A DNA stretch of 60,858 nucleotides from Candidatus Rokubacteria bacterium 13_1_40CM_68_15 (lineage in GTDB: Bacteria; Methylomirabilota; Methylomirabilia; Rokubacteriales; CSP1-6). The translations under genes were made by a program, and so were the position numbers. The notes beneath the pieces are model-generated. The model had not been told where the DNA came from and made no database searches. It was given only the letters and a program-made list of their open reading frames with translations. Position 1 is the stretch's first letter. Every line of letters starts with the position of its first letter. Shown here in pieces: positions 31,304-41,061 of this stretch. The stretch lies in contig MNEG01000043.1 in NCBI GenBank assembly GCA_001917585.1, positions 1-60,858 on the forward strand, given 5' to 3'.

Positions 31304-32080
31304 GTGGCGATTGACCCGCCGAAACGGAGAGTCGTGGTCGTGATGCCGGCCTACAACGCCGGTCGAACACTGCGCATGACGTACGAGGAGCTCCCCAAAG
31401 ACACGGTGAGCACGGTCATCCTCGTCGACGACGGCTCGACCGACGCCACGCTGGAAGTCGCCCGCCAGCTCGGCCTTCAGGTCTTCGTCCACAACCGCAA
31501 CTATGGGTACGGCGCGAACCAGAAGACCTGCTACACGGAAGCGCTCCGGGCCGGCGCCGACATCGTCGTGATGGTGCACCCCGACTATCAATACGATCCG
31601 CGCCTGGTGCCGCAGATCATCGAGCCCATCCTGCAGGGCCAGGCCGACGTGGTGCTGGGCTCGCGGCTCAAGAGCGGCTCGCCTATCGCGCAGGGGATGC
31701 CGTGGTGGAAGTACGTCGCGAACCGCGCCCTCACGCGCCTCGAGAACTGGGCGTTCGCGCTCGATCTCTCGGAGTATCACACGGGCTACCGGGCGTTCCG
31801 TCGCGAGGTCCTGGAGGGCGTCAACTTCCTGCTCGACTCCGACGGCTTCATCTTCGATCAGGAGATCATCGGTCAGGCAGTCTCCGCCGGCTTTCGCATC
31901 AGCGAGATCGCGGTGCCCACGCGTTACTTCCCCGAGGCCTCGTCGGCGAGCTTCGCGGCGTCGACGGTCTACGGCGTCAAAATTTTGACGATGCTCTTCT
32001 GGTTCTCGCTGCACCGCCTGGGGCTGCGGCGCTCACGCCGCTTCGACAGCTTGCGCGCCCGCTATACGCGATTGACTTAG
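31304..32080 (+). CDS. GT2 glycosyltransferase (polyprenol-phosphate glycosyltransferase-like)
   Basis: VVMPAYN, VDDGSTD, NYGYGANQK, HPDYQYDP, GSR, TGYRAF. Confidence 0.92.
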   Translation: MAIDPPKRRVVVVMPAYNAGRTLRMTYEELPKDTVSTVILVDDGSTDATLEVARQLGLQVFVHNRNYGYGANQKTCYTEALRAGADIVVMVHPDYQYDPRLVPQIIEPILQGQADVVLGSRLKSGSPIAQGMPWWKYVANRALTRLENWAFALDLSEYHTGYRAFRREVLEGVNFLLDSDGFIFDQEIIGQAVSAGFRISEIAVPTRYFPEASSASFAASTVYGVKILTMLFWFSLHRLGLRRSRRFDSLRARYTRLT

Positions 32081-32083
32081 GAG

Positions 32084-32110
32084 TTGGGGGGCCCCGAGAT
32101 GGCCCCCCAA
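32084..32110. repeat. REP-like hairpin
   Basis: TTGGGGGGCC-7nt-GGCCCCCCAA directly after the GT2 stop. Confidence 0.8.
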
Positions 32111-32125
32111 ACCCCCCAACGCTCG

Positions 32126-32397
32126 GAGCGTCCCGGCGCAGCCGTGGCGCTCCTCGATTACGCGACAGGCGACGCCCCGAGATAGCCCTCGGCTAGTCGA
32201 GCGAAGGGGCTACGCCCCCCTCGGACTCCCCCGGCCTACGTTCAGAGCGCCCCGGCGCAGCCGCGACGCTCCTCGATTACGCGGCAGGCGACGCCCCGAG
32301 ATAGCCCTCGGCTAGTCGAGCGAAGGGGGCTACGCCCCCCTCGGACTCCCCCGGCCTACGTTCAGAGCGCCCCGGCGCAGCCGTTGCGCTCCTCGAC
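32126..32397. repeat. ~120-bp tandem repeat (about 2.3 copies), BIME-like palindrome mosaic
   Basis: Units start at 32126, 32245, 32365 with GAGCG.CCCGGCGCAGCCG...CGCTCCTCGA; nearly identical; between convergent genes. Confidence 0.9.
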
Positions 32398-32398
32398 G

Positions 32399-32806
32399 TC
32401 ACGCGTCGGCGGTGGGCGAGCCCACGACGTGCGATGCGTGGTGGAGCACCATCCTCCAGCCGTCGGCCTCGCGCTGGAAGATGTTCGTGGCGATGACCGA
32501 GGTGACCGACACGCGACCCCGCACCTGGGAGAGGATGTTCTCGGTGCAGGTGACCCAGGCGAGGCTGCCCGAGACGGCGAGCTGGACGTCGCCGACGGTG
32601 AAGCGGATCTCGCCCGTGTTGTGGAAGATGGCCTCCCACGAGGCCCGGACGTTGTCCCAGCCGGCGAGCAGGGGCCAGCCCGGGTGCACGCACTTGACGT
32701 GCTCGCCGTGCGCCCACACTTTCTCCATCTCGGCGAGATCGAGGGCCTCGAACGCGCGATAGAAGCGCGCGTTGGCCTCCTCGACGTCGAGTCGGGCGCC
32801 CGTCAT
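32399..32806 (-). CDS. NTF2/SnoaL-like family protein
   Basis: ANARFYRAFE..DL..ME.VW...CVHPGW..L.GW..VR.SW, ATNIF...WRMVLHHAS. Confidence 0.88.
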   Translation of the reverse strand: MTGARLDVEEANARFYRAFEALDLAEMEKVWAHGEHVKCVHPGWPLLAGWDNVRASWEAIFHNTGEIRFTVGDVQLAVSGSLAWVTCTENILSQVRGRVSVTSVIATNIFQREADGWRMVLHHASHVVGSPTADA

Positions 32807-33153
32807 GCAGTGTGACAGGAGACGACGACGTCGTCGCCGTCGTGCCGGACGACGAGGCGCGTGAGCTCGTCGCCGGCGCACGGCCCGGCCACGCAGTGCC
32901 CGGTGTCCGGCTCGAAGAGAGCGCCGTGCGTCGAGCAGACGAAGACGCGCCCGTCCTCGCTGAGGAACTCGTTGGGCCAGAGGTCGAGCGGTGTGCCCAC
33001 GTGAGGGCAGCGGTTGACATACGCGTGATAGACACCCTCGTGGTTGACGAGGAAGCCCTCCAGGTCACGACCGCCGCACATCAGACGTAACTTGGCGGTG
33101 GTTCCAGGTCCGAGATCGGCGGCGCGACAGCGCCACTCGCCCGGAGCGGTCAT
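32803..33153 (-). CDS. Rieske [2Fe-2S] ferredoxin
   Basis: NRCPH...CSTHGALFEPDTGHCVAGPC. Confidence 0.9.
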   Translation of the reverse strand: MTAPGEWRCRAADLGPGTTAKLRLMCGGRDLEGFLVNHEGVYHAYVNRCPHVGTPLDLWPNEFLSEDGRVFVCSTHGALFEPDTGHCVAGPCAGDELTRLVVRHDGDDVVVSCHTA

Positions 33154-33177
33154 GGGCCGCATGTTACCATTCAGCCG

Positions 33178-34110
33178 ATGCTGGCGATCGAGGCGCGCGA
33201 TGTCGCAAAGACGTTCCGCGCCGGCTGGATCCGCCGGCGGGAGACGGTCGCGCTGCGGAGTGTCTCGCTCGCGGTTCCCCGCGGCGCCATCGTCGGTGTG
33301 CTGGGACCGAACGGCGCCGGCAAGACGACGCTCCTGTCGATCTTCGCCACGCTGCTCACGCCCGACCGCGGATCGGTGACCATTCTCGGCCACGACGTCG
33401 TCCGCGAGGCGGCCGCGCTTCGGCGGCGGCTCAACATGGCGAGCGGACGTCCGTCGTTCCTGTGGAGTCTACGTGTCGGCGAGATCGTGGCGTTCTACGG
33501 CCGTCTCTACGGGCTCCACGGCGCCACGCTGGCGCGGCGGGTCGACGAGCTCATCGAGACGTTCGAGCTCACCACCCATCGGCGCGCCCAGTACAACGAG
33601 CTGTCGACGGGGCTCAAGCAGCGCCTGGCCCTGGCCAAGGCGCTCGTCAACGAGCCGGAGCTCCTCTTTCTCGACGAGCCCACGCTGGGCCTCGATCCCG
33701 ACGTCTCGGTGCGGGTGCGCGCCCACATCAGGTCGCTGCGCCGCGAGCGCGGGATGACCATTGTGCTGACGACGCATTACATGCGGGAGGCCGAGGAGCT
33801 CTGCGACGAGATCGCCTTCATCAAGGACGGCCGCATCCTGGCCCGCGGCACCGCCGACGACCTCAAGCGTCAGATCGGCCTCGGCGACGTAATCGCCCTT
33901 CGGGTGGAGCCACCGGCGCCGTGGCTGCGTAACGCGCCAGGCGTGCTCCGGTGCGCCGACAACGACGGCTGGGTCCGATGCACGGTGGACGACGCCGAGA
34001 AGCGGTTGCCCGAGCTGCTGCGCCAGCTGTACGCCGAGGGGCGTGAGGTCAAGAGCGTGCAGGTGAAGGAGCCCGAGCTGGAGGAGGTCTTCGTTGAGCT
34101 GGCGCGCTGA
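33178..34110 (+). CDS. ABC-2 type transporter ATP-binding protein
   Basis: [34 protein letters not shown]. Confidence 0.93.
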   Translation: MLAIEARDVAKTFRAGWIRRRETVALRSVSLAVPRGAIVGVLGPNGAGKTTLLSIFATLLTPDRGSVTILGHDVVREAAALRRRLNMASGRPSFLWSLRVGEIVAFYGRLYGLHGATLARRVDELIETFELTTHRRAQYNELSTGLKQRLALAKALVNEPELLFLDEPTLGLDPDVSVRVRAHIRSLRRERGMTIVLTTHYMREAEELCDEIAFIKDGRILARGTADDLKRQIGLGDVIALRVEPPAPWLRNAPGVLRCADNDGWVRCTVDDAEKRLPELLRQLYAEGREVKSVQVKEPELEEVFVELAR

Positions 34111-34888
34111 GGCGGTCGCGATCTGGGCCTTCGCCGTGCGCAATCTGCTGATGGCGACCCGGAACGTCTTCTTCTTCTTCGAGCTGCTCTTCTGGCCGAT
34201 CGTGGGCGTCGTGTCCATCGGCCTCATGACGCGCTTCCTGGAGCTGCGCAGCGAGGCCACCGCCTTCGTGCTGCTCGGGACGATCGCGCTCTCGGTGGTG
34301 CAGGTATGCCAGCTCGAGGTCGCGTATGCCGTGCTCTTCGACGTGTGGTCGAAGTCGATCAAGCACCAGTTCCTGGCACCGATCGGCGTGCGCCATCTCA
34401 CGCTCGGATCGTGGATCGTCGGCATGGCCCGTGGCGTCGTGATCTTTCTCATCCTGGCCGTGCTGGGCTGGTGGGCGTTCGGCGTGAACGTGATCGCTCC
34501 GGGGGTGGGCGCCCTCCTGGCGTTCCTGGCCGGCTGCTTCCTGACGGCGTGGATCATCGGCGTGGGGGTCTGCGCGCTCATCACGCTCTTCGGTAACCGC
34601 GCGGAAGCCTTCGCGTGGGCCAGCGCCAACCTCGTGCTGCTGCTGGCCGGCATCTACTATCCGATTTCGGTGCTCCCCACCCCGGTGGCGGCGGTCGCAT
34701 CCCTCATTCCGCTGACCCACTTTCTCGACGCCTATCGAGCCCACTACGGGTTCGCGTCGGAGTTTTCGCATCCGGTGGTCATCGGCTTCGGCCTGGCTGC
34801 GGCGTACGCGCTGCTCGCCCATCTCGCGCTGATGGCGGCGGTCCGGCACGCCCGCAGCTCGGGCCTGCTGCTCAAGATGTCCGAGTAA
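34094..34888 (+). CDS. ABC-2 type transporter permease
   Basis: About 6 TM, GIYYPISVLP...PLTH; overlaps the ATPase gene. Confidence 0.88.
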   Translation: MSWRAEAVAIWAFAVRNLLMATRNVFFFFELLFWPIVGVVSIGLMTRFLELRSEATAFVLLGTIALSVVQVCQLEVAYAVLFDVWSKSIKHQFLAPIGVRHLTLGSWIVGMARGVVIFLILAVLGWWAFGVNVIAPGVGALLAFLAGCFLTAWIIGVGVCALITLFGNRAEAFAWASANLVLLLAGIYYPISVLPTPVAAVASLIPLTHFLDAYRAHYGFASEFSHPVVIGFGLAAAYALLAHLALMAAVRHARSSGLLLKMSE

Positions 34889-34899
34889 GGCGAGCCGAC

Positions 34900-35640
34900 G
34901 TGACGACGCTCGGTCCGGCCGTCGTGCTCGGGTTCGTTCTCGGGCTCCAGCACGCGACCGACCCCGATCACCTGGTCGCGGTGGCGACGATCGTGACGCG
35001 ATCGCGGCGATTCCGCGATGGCGCCATGGTCGGCGTGCTGTGGGGCATCGGTCACGCCGTCACGCTGACGCTGGCCGGCGGCATCGTCATCTTGCTCAAC
35101 GTCACGCTGCCGGCAACGCTGACGACGGGACTCGAGCTCCTGGTGGCCGGCGCCATCGTCGCCCTCGGGGTGTTCCGCCTGCGCGAGGCGCTGCGCGAGT
35201 TCGGCGGAGCGGCGCCCGCGCACCTGCTCGCCGATCACGATCACGCCGACGGCGGGGTGTTTCACAGCCACCCCCACGAGCACGGCGGTCGCGTCCACGC
35301 CCATCCGCACGTCCATCCCGAACCCTCGCTGCTCGGCGTGCTCGGTGGTGTGCGTCCGATCGCGCTACGGGCGCTGGGGATCGGCGCGCTGCACGGGCTG
35401 GCCGGAACGGCCGCGGTGTCGCTCCTCATCCTCGCCACGCTGCGCACCCCGCTCGAGGGCTTCGTCTATCTCGGAGTGTTTGCCCTGGGAACGATCGCGG
35501 GGATGAGCGCGCTCACGGCGGTCATGGCGTATCCGGTCGCGCTAGCGCTGCGCTTTCGACGTGCGCACCGCACGCTGGCGTTGGGCTCGGGAGCGGCGGC
35601 GATCATCTTCGGAATCGTGTATTTCGTGCGTTCGATCTGA
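34900..35640 (+). CDS. NicO/UreH-like nickel/cobalt transporter
   Basis: LGLQHATDPDHLVAV, WGIGH, His-rich loop HSHPHEH..HAHPHVHP, HGLAG. Confidence 0.85.
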   Translation: MTTLGPAVVLGFVLGLQHATDPDHLVAVATIVTRSRRFRDGAMVGVLWGIGHAVTLTLAGGIVILLNVTLPATLTTGLELLVAGAIVALGVFRLREALREFGGAAPAHLLADHDHADGGVFHSHPHEHGGRVHAHPHVHPEPSLLGVLGGVRPIALRALGIGALHGLAGTAAVSLLILATLRTPLEGFVYLGVFALGTIAGMSALTAVMAYPVALALRFRRAHRTLALGSGAAAIIFGIVYFVRSI

Positions 35641-35648
35641 GGCGCCCC

Positions 35649-36575
35649 TCAGCGGTTCAAGAACTTCCTGACGCTGCTCGCGATGCCGGCGGGATCGAGG
35701 CCGTGCTTGGCATAGAGACTCTTGGGGTCGCCCGACTCGCCGAAGCCCTGGACGCCCAGGCGCTTGTGCGGCGTCGGCAGTACCTCGGAGAGGAGCTCGG
35801 CGACGGCGCCGCCGAGCCCGCCCGCAATCGAGTGATCCTCGACGGTCACGATGTGCCCGGTCCGCCCGGCCGAGGCCACGAGCGTCTCCTCGTCGAGCGG
35901 CTTGATCGAGGATGCGTTGACGACCTCGGCCGAGATGCCGTCGGCGGCCAGCATCTTCGCCGCTGCGACGCAGTTCGCGATCGGGCCTCCCGAGCCGACG
36001 AGGGTGACGTCGACGCCGGCATTGAGCGTGAGCCAGCGGCCGAGACGGAAGCGCGAGTCGGGCGGGCACACCGGCTCCATGTTCTGACGCGTGAGTCGCA
36101 GGTAGAGCGGCCCGTCGTGCTCGATGGCGTAGGCCACGGCCTGCTTCGTCTCGTGCTCGTCGGCCGGCTGCACGATCGGAATGTTCGGCAGCGCGCGCAG
36201 ACAGGCGATGTCTTCCAGCCCCATCTGGCTGTAGCCGTCCTCGCCGATCGCGATCCCCGCGTGGGTGCCCACCAGCTTCACATTGGCGTTGGTGTAGGCG
36301 ACCGAGATGCGGATCGTCTCGAAGCGGCCGGCCAGGAAGCAGGCGAACGAGCAGACGAACGGGACCTTGCCGGCCAGCGCGAGGCCGGCGGCGATGCCGA
36401 TGGCGTTCTGCTCGGCGATGCCGACGTTGAAGGCGCGCTCCGGATACTTCTTCGCGAAGCTGACCGTCATGGTGGACTTCGACAGATCGGCGTCCACGCT
36501 GACGATGCGGTCGTCGCGGGCGCCCAGCTCGAGCAACGCTTCACCGAAGGCGGCGCGGGTCGCTTTCGCGGGCAT
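35649..36575 (-). CDS. Transketolase C-terminal subunit
   Basis: ATRAAFG, DADLSKST, GIAEQN, GEDGYSQM, EDHS..GGLG. Confidence 0.92.
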   Translation of the reverse strand: MPAKATRAAFGEALLELGARDDRIVSVDADLSKSTMTVSFAKKYPERAFNVGIAEQNAIGIAAGLALAGKVPFVCSFACFLAGRFETIRISVAYTNANVKLVGTHAGIAIGEDGYSQMGLEDIACLRALPNIPIVQPADEHETKQAVAYAIEHDGPLYLRLTRQNMEPVCPPDSRFRLGRWLTLNAGVDVTLVGSGGPIANCVAAAKMLAADGISAEVVNASSIKPLDEETLVASAGRTGHIVTVEDHSIAGGLGGAVAELLSEVLPTPHKRLGVQGFGESGDPKSLYAKHGLDPAGIASSVRKFLNR

Positions 36576-36584
36576 CGGGTCTCC

Positions 36585-37499
36585 TTACTTTTTGTCGAGG
36601 GCGCTGAGCTCGGCGACGATGGCGGCCGTCGCCCTGTCCTTGGCGAGGTAGTCGTCCCAGGCCGGGGTACTGACACCGAGCAGCTCGCGGATCGCGGTGA
36701 TGGCCTCCGCCGGCTTCGGAGCCTTGCCGTGCCACTCCGGGTTGTTCTCCATGAACGACACGCCCTTGCCCTTGACGGTGTGGGCCACGATGAACGTCGG
36801 ACCACCGGTGTGGGCCTGGGCCTGATCGAGCGCCTTGCCGATCTGATCGAAGTCGTGGCCGTCGATCTCGATCACCGGCCAGCCGAACGCCTGCCACTTC
36901 TGGACGACCGGCTCGAGGTCGAGGATCTTCGTCACGAAGTCGTCGAGCTGGACGCGGTTTTTATCGAGGATCACGGTGAGGTTGCCGACGCCATGCGCGG
37001 GCTGTCCGAGCTTCGGCCCCGCCATGGCCGCCTCCCACACCTGGCCTTCCTGGATCTCGCCGTCGCCGAGGATGCAGTACACGCGGTTCGGCTTGTCGCC
37101 GAGGCGAAAACCGAGCGCCAGCCCCAGCGAGATCGACAGGCCCTGGCCGAGCGAGCCCGTGGCCGCCTCGATGCCGGGCAACGCCGTCCGATCGGGGTGA
37201 CCCTGGAGTGAGCTGCCGAGCTTGCGCAGGGTGAGCAAGCGCTCGTCGGGAAAGTAGCCGGCGCGCGCCATCGCCGCGTACATCGCGGGCACCGCGTGGC
37301 CCTTCGAGAGGATCAGACGGTCACGCTCGGGCCAGTTCGGGCGCGCGGGATCGTGGCGTATGCGACCGAACATGATCGACACCACGAGGTCGATGACCGA
37401 CAGCGAGCCGCCGGGATGGCCGGAGCCGGCGTGCGTGAGCATGCGGATGATCTGTACGCGGCACTCACGGGCGATGGACGAAAGACGCGCGTCTGGCAT
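36585..37499 (-). CDS. Transketolase N-terminal subunit
   Basis: GSGHPGGSLS, DRLILSKGH, LQGHP, TGSLGQG, GDGEIQEG, KGKGVSFME. Confidence 0.93.
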   Translation of the reverse strand: MPDARLSSIARECRVQIIRMLTHAGSGHPGGSLSVIDLVVSIMFGRIRHDPARPNWPERDRLILSKGHAVPAMYAAMARAGYFPDERLLTLRKLGSSLQGHPDRTALPGIEAATGSLGQGLSISLGLALGFRLGDKPNRVYCILGDGEIQEGQVWEAAMAGPKLGQPAHGVGNLTVILDKNRVQLDDFVTKILDLEPVVQKWQAFGWPVIEIDGHDFDQIGKALDQAQAHTGGPTFIVAHTVKGKGVSFMENNPEWHGKAPKPAEAITAIRELLGVSTPAWDDYLAKDRATAAIVAELSALDKK

Positions 37500-39058
37500 C
37501 AGGGCAGATCCTCCATGAAACCGGCGATGGCGTCCACGCGGACTCCGGAGACGGCGATCTCCGGCGCGTAGACGACCTCGTCGGCCGCCCACACGATCGT
37601 GCCCTTCACGTCCCTGGTCACGCCGACGACGTTGTTGAGGATTTTGGCGATGTTGTCGTTGATCCGGATCACGTTCGGCCGCACGGGCTCGGCCAGCCGG
37701 CCGTCGCGGATGATATAGGAGTCCCCGACGACGGTGCAGGTGAAATCGCCCGCCCGCAGGCCGTTGATCGGATACGTGTACCAGATGCGACCGATGTAGA
37801 GCCCGTTGCCCACGTGGCGCACCAGCTCTTCGCGCGAGACCGGGTCGGCGCCTTCCACGACGACGTTCGACGCCGCGATGCTGGGCTGGTTGTCGAACTG
37901 ACGGCCCCCGCCGTCTCCGAAGCGGAATCCATTGCGTGGGCTCAGTGCGGCTTCCGCCTCACGCCCGGCCGCCCCCAGCTTGGTCGCCAGCTCGGGATCG
38001 CGGAGCAGTCGCTGGGTCTCGTACCAGTTGCTGAGGCAGCCGACGAACACACCGTCGCGGATCAGATCGGTGCGCCCCGTGGGCAAGCCCTCGCAGGTGA
38101 TGCCCTTGCTGCCCATGAAGCCAGGGTGGGCGCCGTCGTCGTAGACGTTCAGACGCGGGGAGGCGATGGCGCGACCGAGCCGGCCCAGGAACGGCGTGCT
38201 CGACGAGTAGAAGGCGCTGGCCATGCACGCCGGTACCACGAGGTTGTTGATCAGGTCGGTCACCGGCTGGCGTCCGAAGACGATCGTGTACTCGCCGGAT
38301 GGCACACGGGCGCCGCCGATGGCGGCGACGGCGTTCTGGGCCGCCTCGACCCCGGCCTCGTCGGTGAACTCGTCGAGGCGTGTGCCCGTGGACCAGCCCG
38401 AGCCCTTGGCCTGCCGCGCTTCCACCATGGCCGTGACGAACGCGGTGATCAGTGTCGATTCGTCGGTCTGCACGCGCGGCATGGCCGTCGAGATCAGGGC
38501 CACGCGCTCCTGCAACACGGTGACGTCGCCGCCGAGGATGAGACCGAGGGCGCGCAGGCCCTCGTCGCTGCCAGCCAGCTCGGCCAGACGCGACGACGCC
38601 AGGAACGTCCGCAACCCGCCGCCCACGACCCGCCAGCCGCTCTCGACCAGCGTCGCGTCGTCGAGAGCCATGAGCCGCGCATCGTGATAGTTCGTCAGCG
38701 TGCGTGGCCGCGGCGATGGCCGCGGCAGCGAGACGAACTCGGGATCGACGACGGCCCCCTGTCGCGCCTTGGCCAGCGCGCGCTCGGCGCCGCGCACGGT
38801 GAGGTCGGCCGACTCGCTGCCGAAGCCGATGCTCGCCCCGCCGTCTCGGCCCGCGAACACGACCTGAAGGCCCAGGCCGTGCGAGGCGGCCGACTTCGGC
38901 TCCTCCACGCCGTTGGACGGGATGTGCGACGTGTAGTTCAGGCGAGTGAGCAGCGTGGCGTTGGCGGCCGCGAACACTTCGACCTCGGTCACGCCCGCCT
39001 GGGCGCTGACGAACTCGAAGGCGTCCTGGGCCGCCTTCGCCAGGTCGGTGGCCGTCAC
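37499..39058 (-). CDS. Divergent TldE/PmbA-like protein
   Basis: GEYTIVFG, DDGAHPG..GSKGITCEG.PT.RTDLIRDG, GLYIGRIWYTYPING..GDF; no HExxxH. Confidence 0.82.
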   Translation of the reverse strand: MTATDLAKAAQDAFEFVSAQAGVTEVEVFAAANATLLTRLNYTSHIPSNGVEEPKSAASHGLGLQVVFAGRDGGASIGFGSESADLTVRGAERALAKARQGAVVDPEFVSLPRPSPRPRTLTNYHDARLMALDDATLVESGWRVVGGGLRTFLASSRLAELAGSDEGLRALGLILGGDVTVLQERVALISTAMPRVQTDESTLITAFVTAMVEARQAKGSGWSTGTRLDEFTDEAGVEAAQNAVAAIGGARVPSGEYTIVFGRQPVTDLINNLVVPACMASAFYSSSTPFLGRLGRAIASPRLNVYDDGAHPGFMGSKGITCEGLPTGRTDLIRDGVFVGCLSNWYETQRLLRDPELATKLGAAGREAEAALSPRNGFRFGDGGGRQFDNQPSIAASNVVVEGADPVSREELVRHVGNGLYIGRIWYTYPINGLRAGDFTCTVVGDSYIIRDGRLAEPVRPNVIRINDNIAKILNNVVGVTRDVKGTIVWAADEVVYAPEIAVSGVRVDAIAGFMEDLP

Positions 39059-39065
39059 ACGCGAC

Positions 39066-39485
39066 TCACGAGCGGGGGCCGGGCGCCTCCGTGCCCTCCA
39101 CGGGATAGCCGCGCTCGAACCAGCCGGGCAGACCCTCGTCGAGGACACGATGGTTGCGCCAGCCGCGGGCGTACATCGCGTTGCTGGCCCCCCGGGCCAG
39201 GGCGTGCGGGCAGGTTCAGTAGAAGACGACGAGGCCGGACTGGGGAATCTCCTGGGCCCGCTCGTCGACCGTCCGCAACGGAATCGATCGCGCACCCTTG
39301 ATGTGGAGCTCCCGATACTCCTGCCACGTCCTGACGTCGATGATGTCGGCCCTCTCGCCGCCGTCCAGCCGTCGCTTCAGCTCGTCGACGCCGATGAAGC
39401 TCACCGGCGCATCCGGTGGCGCGGCGGGAGCGGCGCCGAGCAGGAGGAGGGCGGAGGCGCCGACGATCATGAGAGACCGACGCAC
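39066..39485 (-). CDS. Exported rhodanese-like selenoprotein (UGA at 39216-39218 read as Sec)
   Basis: IIDVRT..EY.ELHIKGARSIP...VVFY-TGA-TCPHALA...RVLDEGLPGWFERGYPVEG. Reading through the TGA completes the rhodanese domain and ends 7 nt before the next gene. Confidence 0.85.
39184..39200 (-). promoter_or_regulatory. Candidate bacterial SECIS hairpin (rhodanese)
   Basis: CTGGCC-CGGGG-GGCCAG starting 15 nt 3' of the UGA; G-rich apical loop. Confidence 0.6.
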
Positions 39486-39486
39486 G

Positions 39487-41061
39487 TCAGCTTCCGATGA
39501 CCCGCGCCCGGCTGCGCATGGTCGGTCCTCCGTTTCCGAGCTTCTTGGTCTGCATCGGCTGGCCCTTGCCGCAGTTCGGGATCGGGTAGAGCAGGAAGTC
39601 GGAGCCGACCGCGTCGACGTTCATGAGGTAGTCCCGGCTGTCGGCGGCGATGCCACCATCACGGTAGAGGCGTCCCAGCTCGCCCTTCTCGATCTCGTAG
39701 ACGCGTCGGGCCGAGATCCGGAAGTTCTCCCTGCTCTCGGCGATCGACGGAATGCGATGGCCAGCGATGTAGTAGCCGTGCTCGACCTCGCGAACGATGT
39801 CGCGCGGGTCGCGATCTCCGCCGGCGAAGACGGTGTTCGACATCCGGATGAGCGGCACCATGGCCGGCTCCGTCGCCTTGTAGTGGCCGTTGGGCTGCCC
39901 CCCGAAGAGCGCCGCGGTCTGCCGGCTGTTCATGAAGCCGCGGAAGACACCGTCGGCGATGTGGACGACCCGCCGGGCCGGCGTTCCCTCGTGGTCGTAG
40001 CGATAGTGGCCGTAGCCGGGCAGCCCGGGGTCCGAGAACGCCGTCACCAGCGGCGACGCGATCTGCTTGCCGACCTGGTGCTCGGCGAGGCCGCTCAGAA
40101 GCCAGGAGCGGCCGGCGTACGCTGTCTCCATCTTGAGGGCGCGATCGAGCTCCACCGGATGGCCGATGATCTCGTGGGAGACGAGGGTGTTGTAGTGCGG
40201 ATCGGTGACGACCACGACCTCACGCGGGGACGTCGGCAGCGCCGGCGCCGAGCTGAGCGCGACCGCCTCGCGCGCGAGCTCCAGGCAGAATTCCGGGAAC
40301 GCCGGGAAGCGGATGAGCGGTTCGTCGACGCCGCGTTCGAGGATCTCCCAGCCCCGCTGGTGCCCGAGGACGTCGTAGAGCTCCTGGCTCACGGCACCCG
40401 ACATCCCCACCAGGGAGCAGCTGCCCTGGGTCAACGCGAACGCCTGGTCGATGAGGCTGCCTTCGGACGAGGCGAAGAGCTCGCGGGAGAGCTGGGTGAG
40501 CGTGGCGATCCAGTTGTAGGTGAGTCGCCGGTCCACCGCTGCGACTCGCCTCGAGACGTCGACGGTGTAGGCGAGGATGTCCTCGATGCGCACCGCGCGC
40601 GGATCTTTTTCGTAGACCGCGGCCACCGTGTCCTCGCGGACGTCGATCGGATGGAGCCTGGTATCGGCGAGCGCGGCGCCCAGCGGACCGAACTTCTCGC
40701 GCGCGTCCGCCTTCATCTCGGCGTTCACGAGGGCGCGCCGGTAGGCACGCTCGAGGGCGTCACGGATGACACGCGGCAGATCCTCGACGTCGGCCGCGCC
40801 GAGCGTGAGGCCGAGATAGCCGGGCGCCAGCGCGCGGTCGCCCGCCAGCACGCGGACGCCGAGGCCGAAGGCGTAGTCGTCGCTGCTCGACTTGCCGCCG
40901 CCGTTCTCGGCCGTTGCCGATTTCGCCTCGGTGATCTCGAGCCTCACGTCGGCGTAGGCGAGGTGGGGCAGGCGGCGGGCGCCGTCACGGACGATGTCGC
41001 GGACGTCCGGCTTCAGGCGGTCGATCAGCTCGACACGAACGCCGGCCCGGAGATTACTCAC
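39487..41061 (-). CDS. Divergent TldD-family metalloprotease
   Basis: YADVR, HEIIGHPVELDR (HExxxH), YDHEGTPA, PLIRMSNT, NCGKGQPMQ. Confidence 0.9.
   Translation of the reverse strand: MSNLRAGVRVELIDRLKPDVRDIVRDGARRLPHLAYADVRLEITEAKSATAENGGGKSSSDDYAFGLGVRVLAGDRALAPGYLGLTLGAADVEDLPRVIRDALERAYRRALVNAEMKADAREKFGPLGAALADTRLHPIDVREDTVAAVYEKDPRAVRIEDILAYTVDVSRRVAAVDRRLTYNWIATLTQLSRELFASSEGSLIDQAFALTQGSCSLVGMSGAVSQELYDVLGHQRGWEILERGVDEPLIRFPAFPEFCLELAREAVALSSAPALPTSPREVVVVTDPHYNTLVSHEIIGHPVELDRALKMETAYAGRSWLLSGLAEHQVGKQIASPLVTAFSDPGLPGYGHYRYDHEGTPARRVVHIADGVFRGFMNSRQTAALFGGQPNGHYKATEPAMVPLIRMSNTVFAGGDRDPRDIVREVEHGYYIAGHRIPSIAESRENFRISARRVYEIEKGELGRLYRDGGIAADSRDYLMNVDAVGSDFLLYPIPNCGKGQPMQTKKLGNGGPTMRSRARVIGS

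Noticed and set aside
32126-32397. CRISPR array
   Set aside because: The would-be spacers are nearly identical between units and there are no cas genes; it is a tandem repeat.
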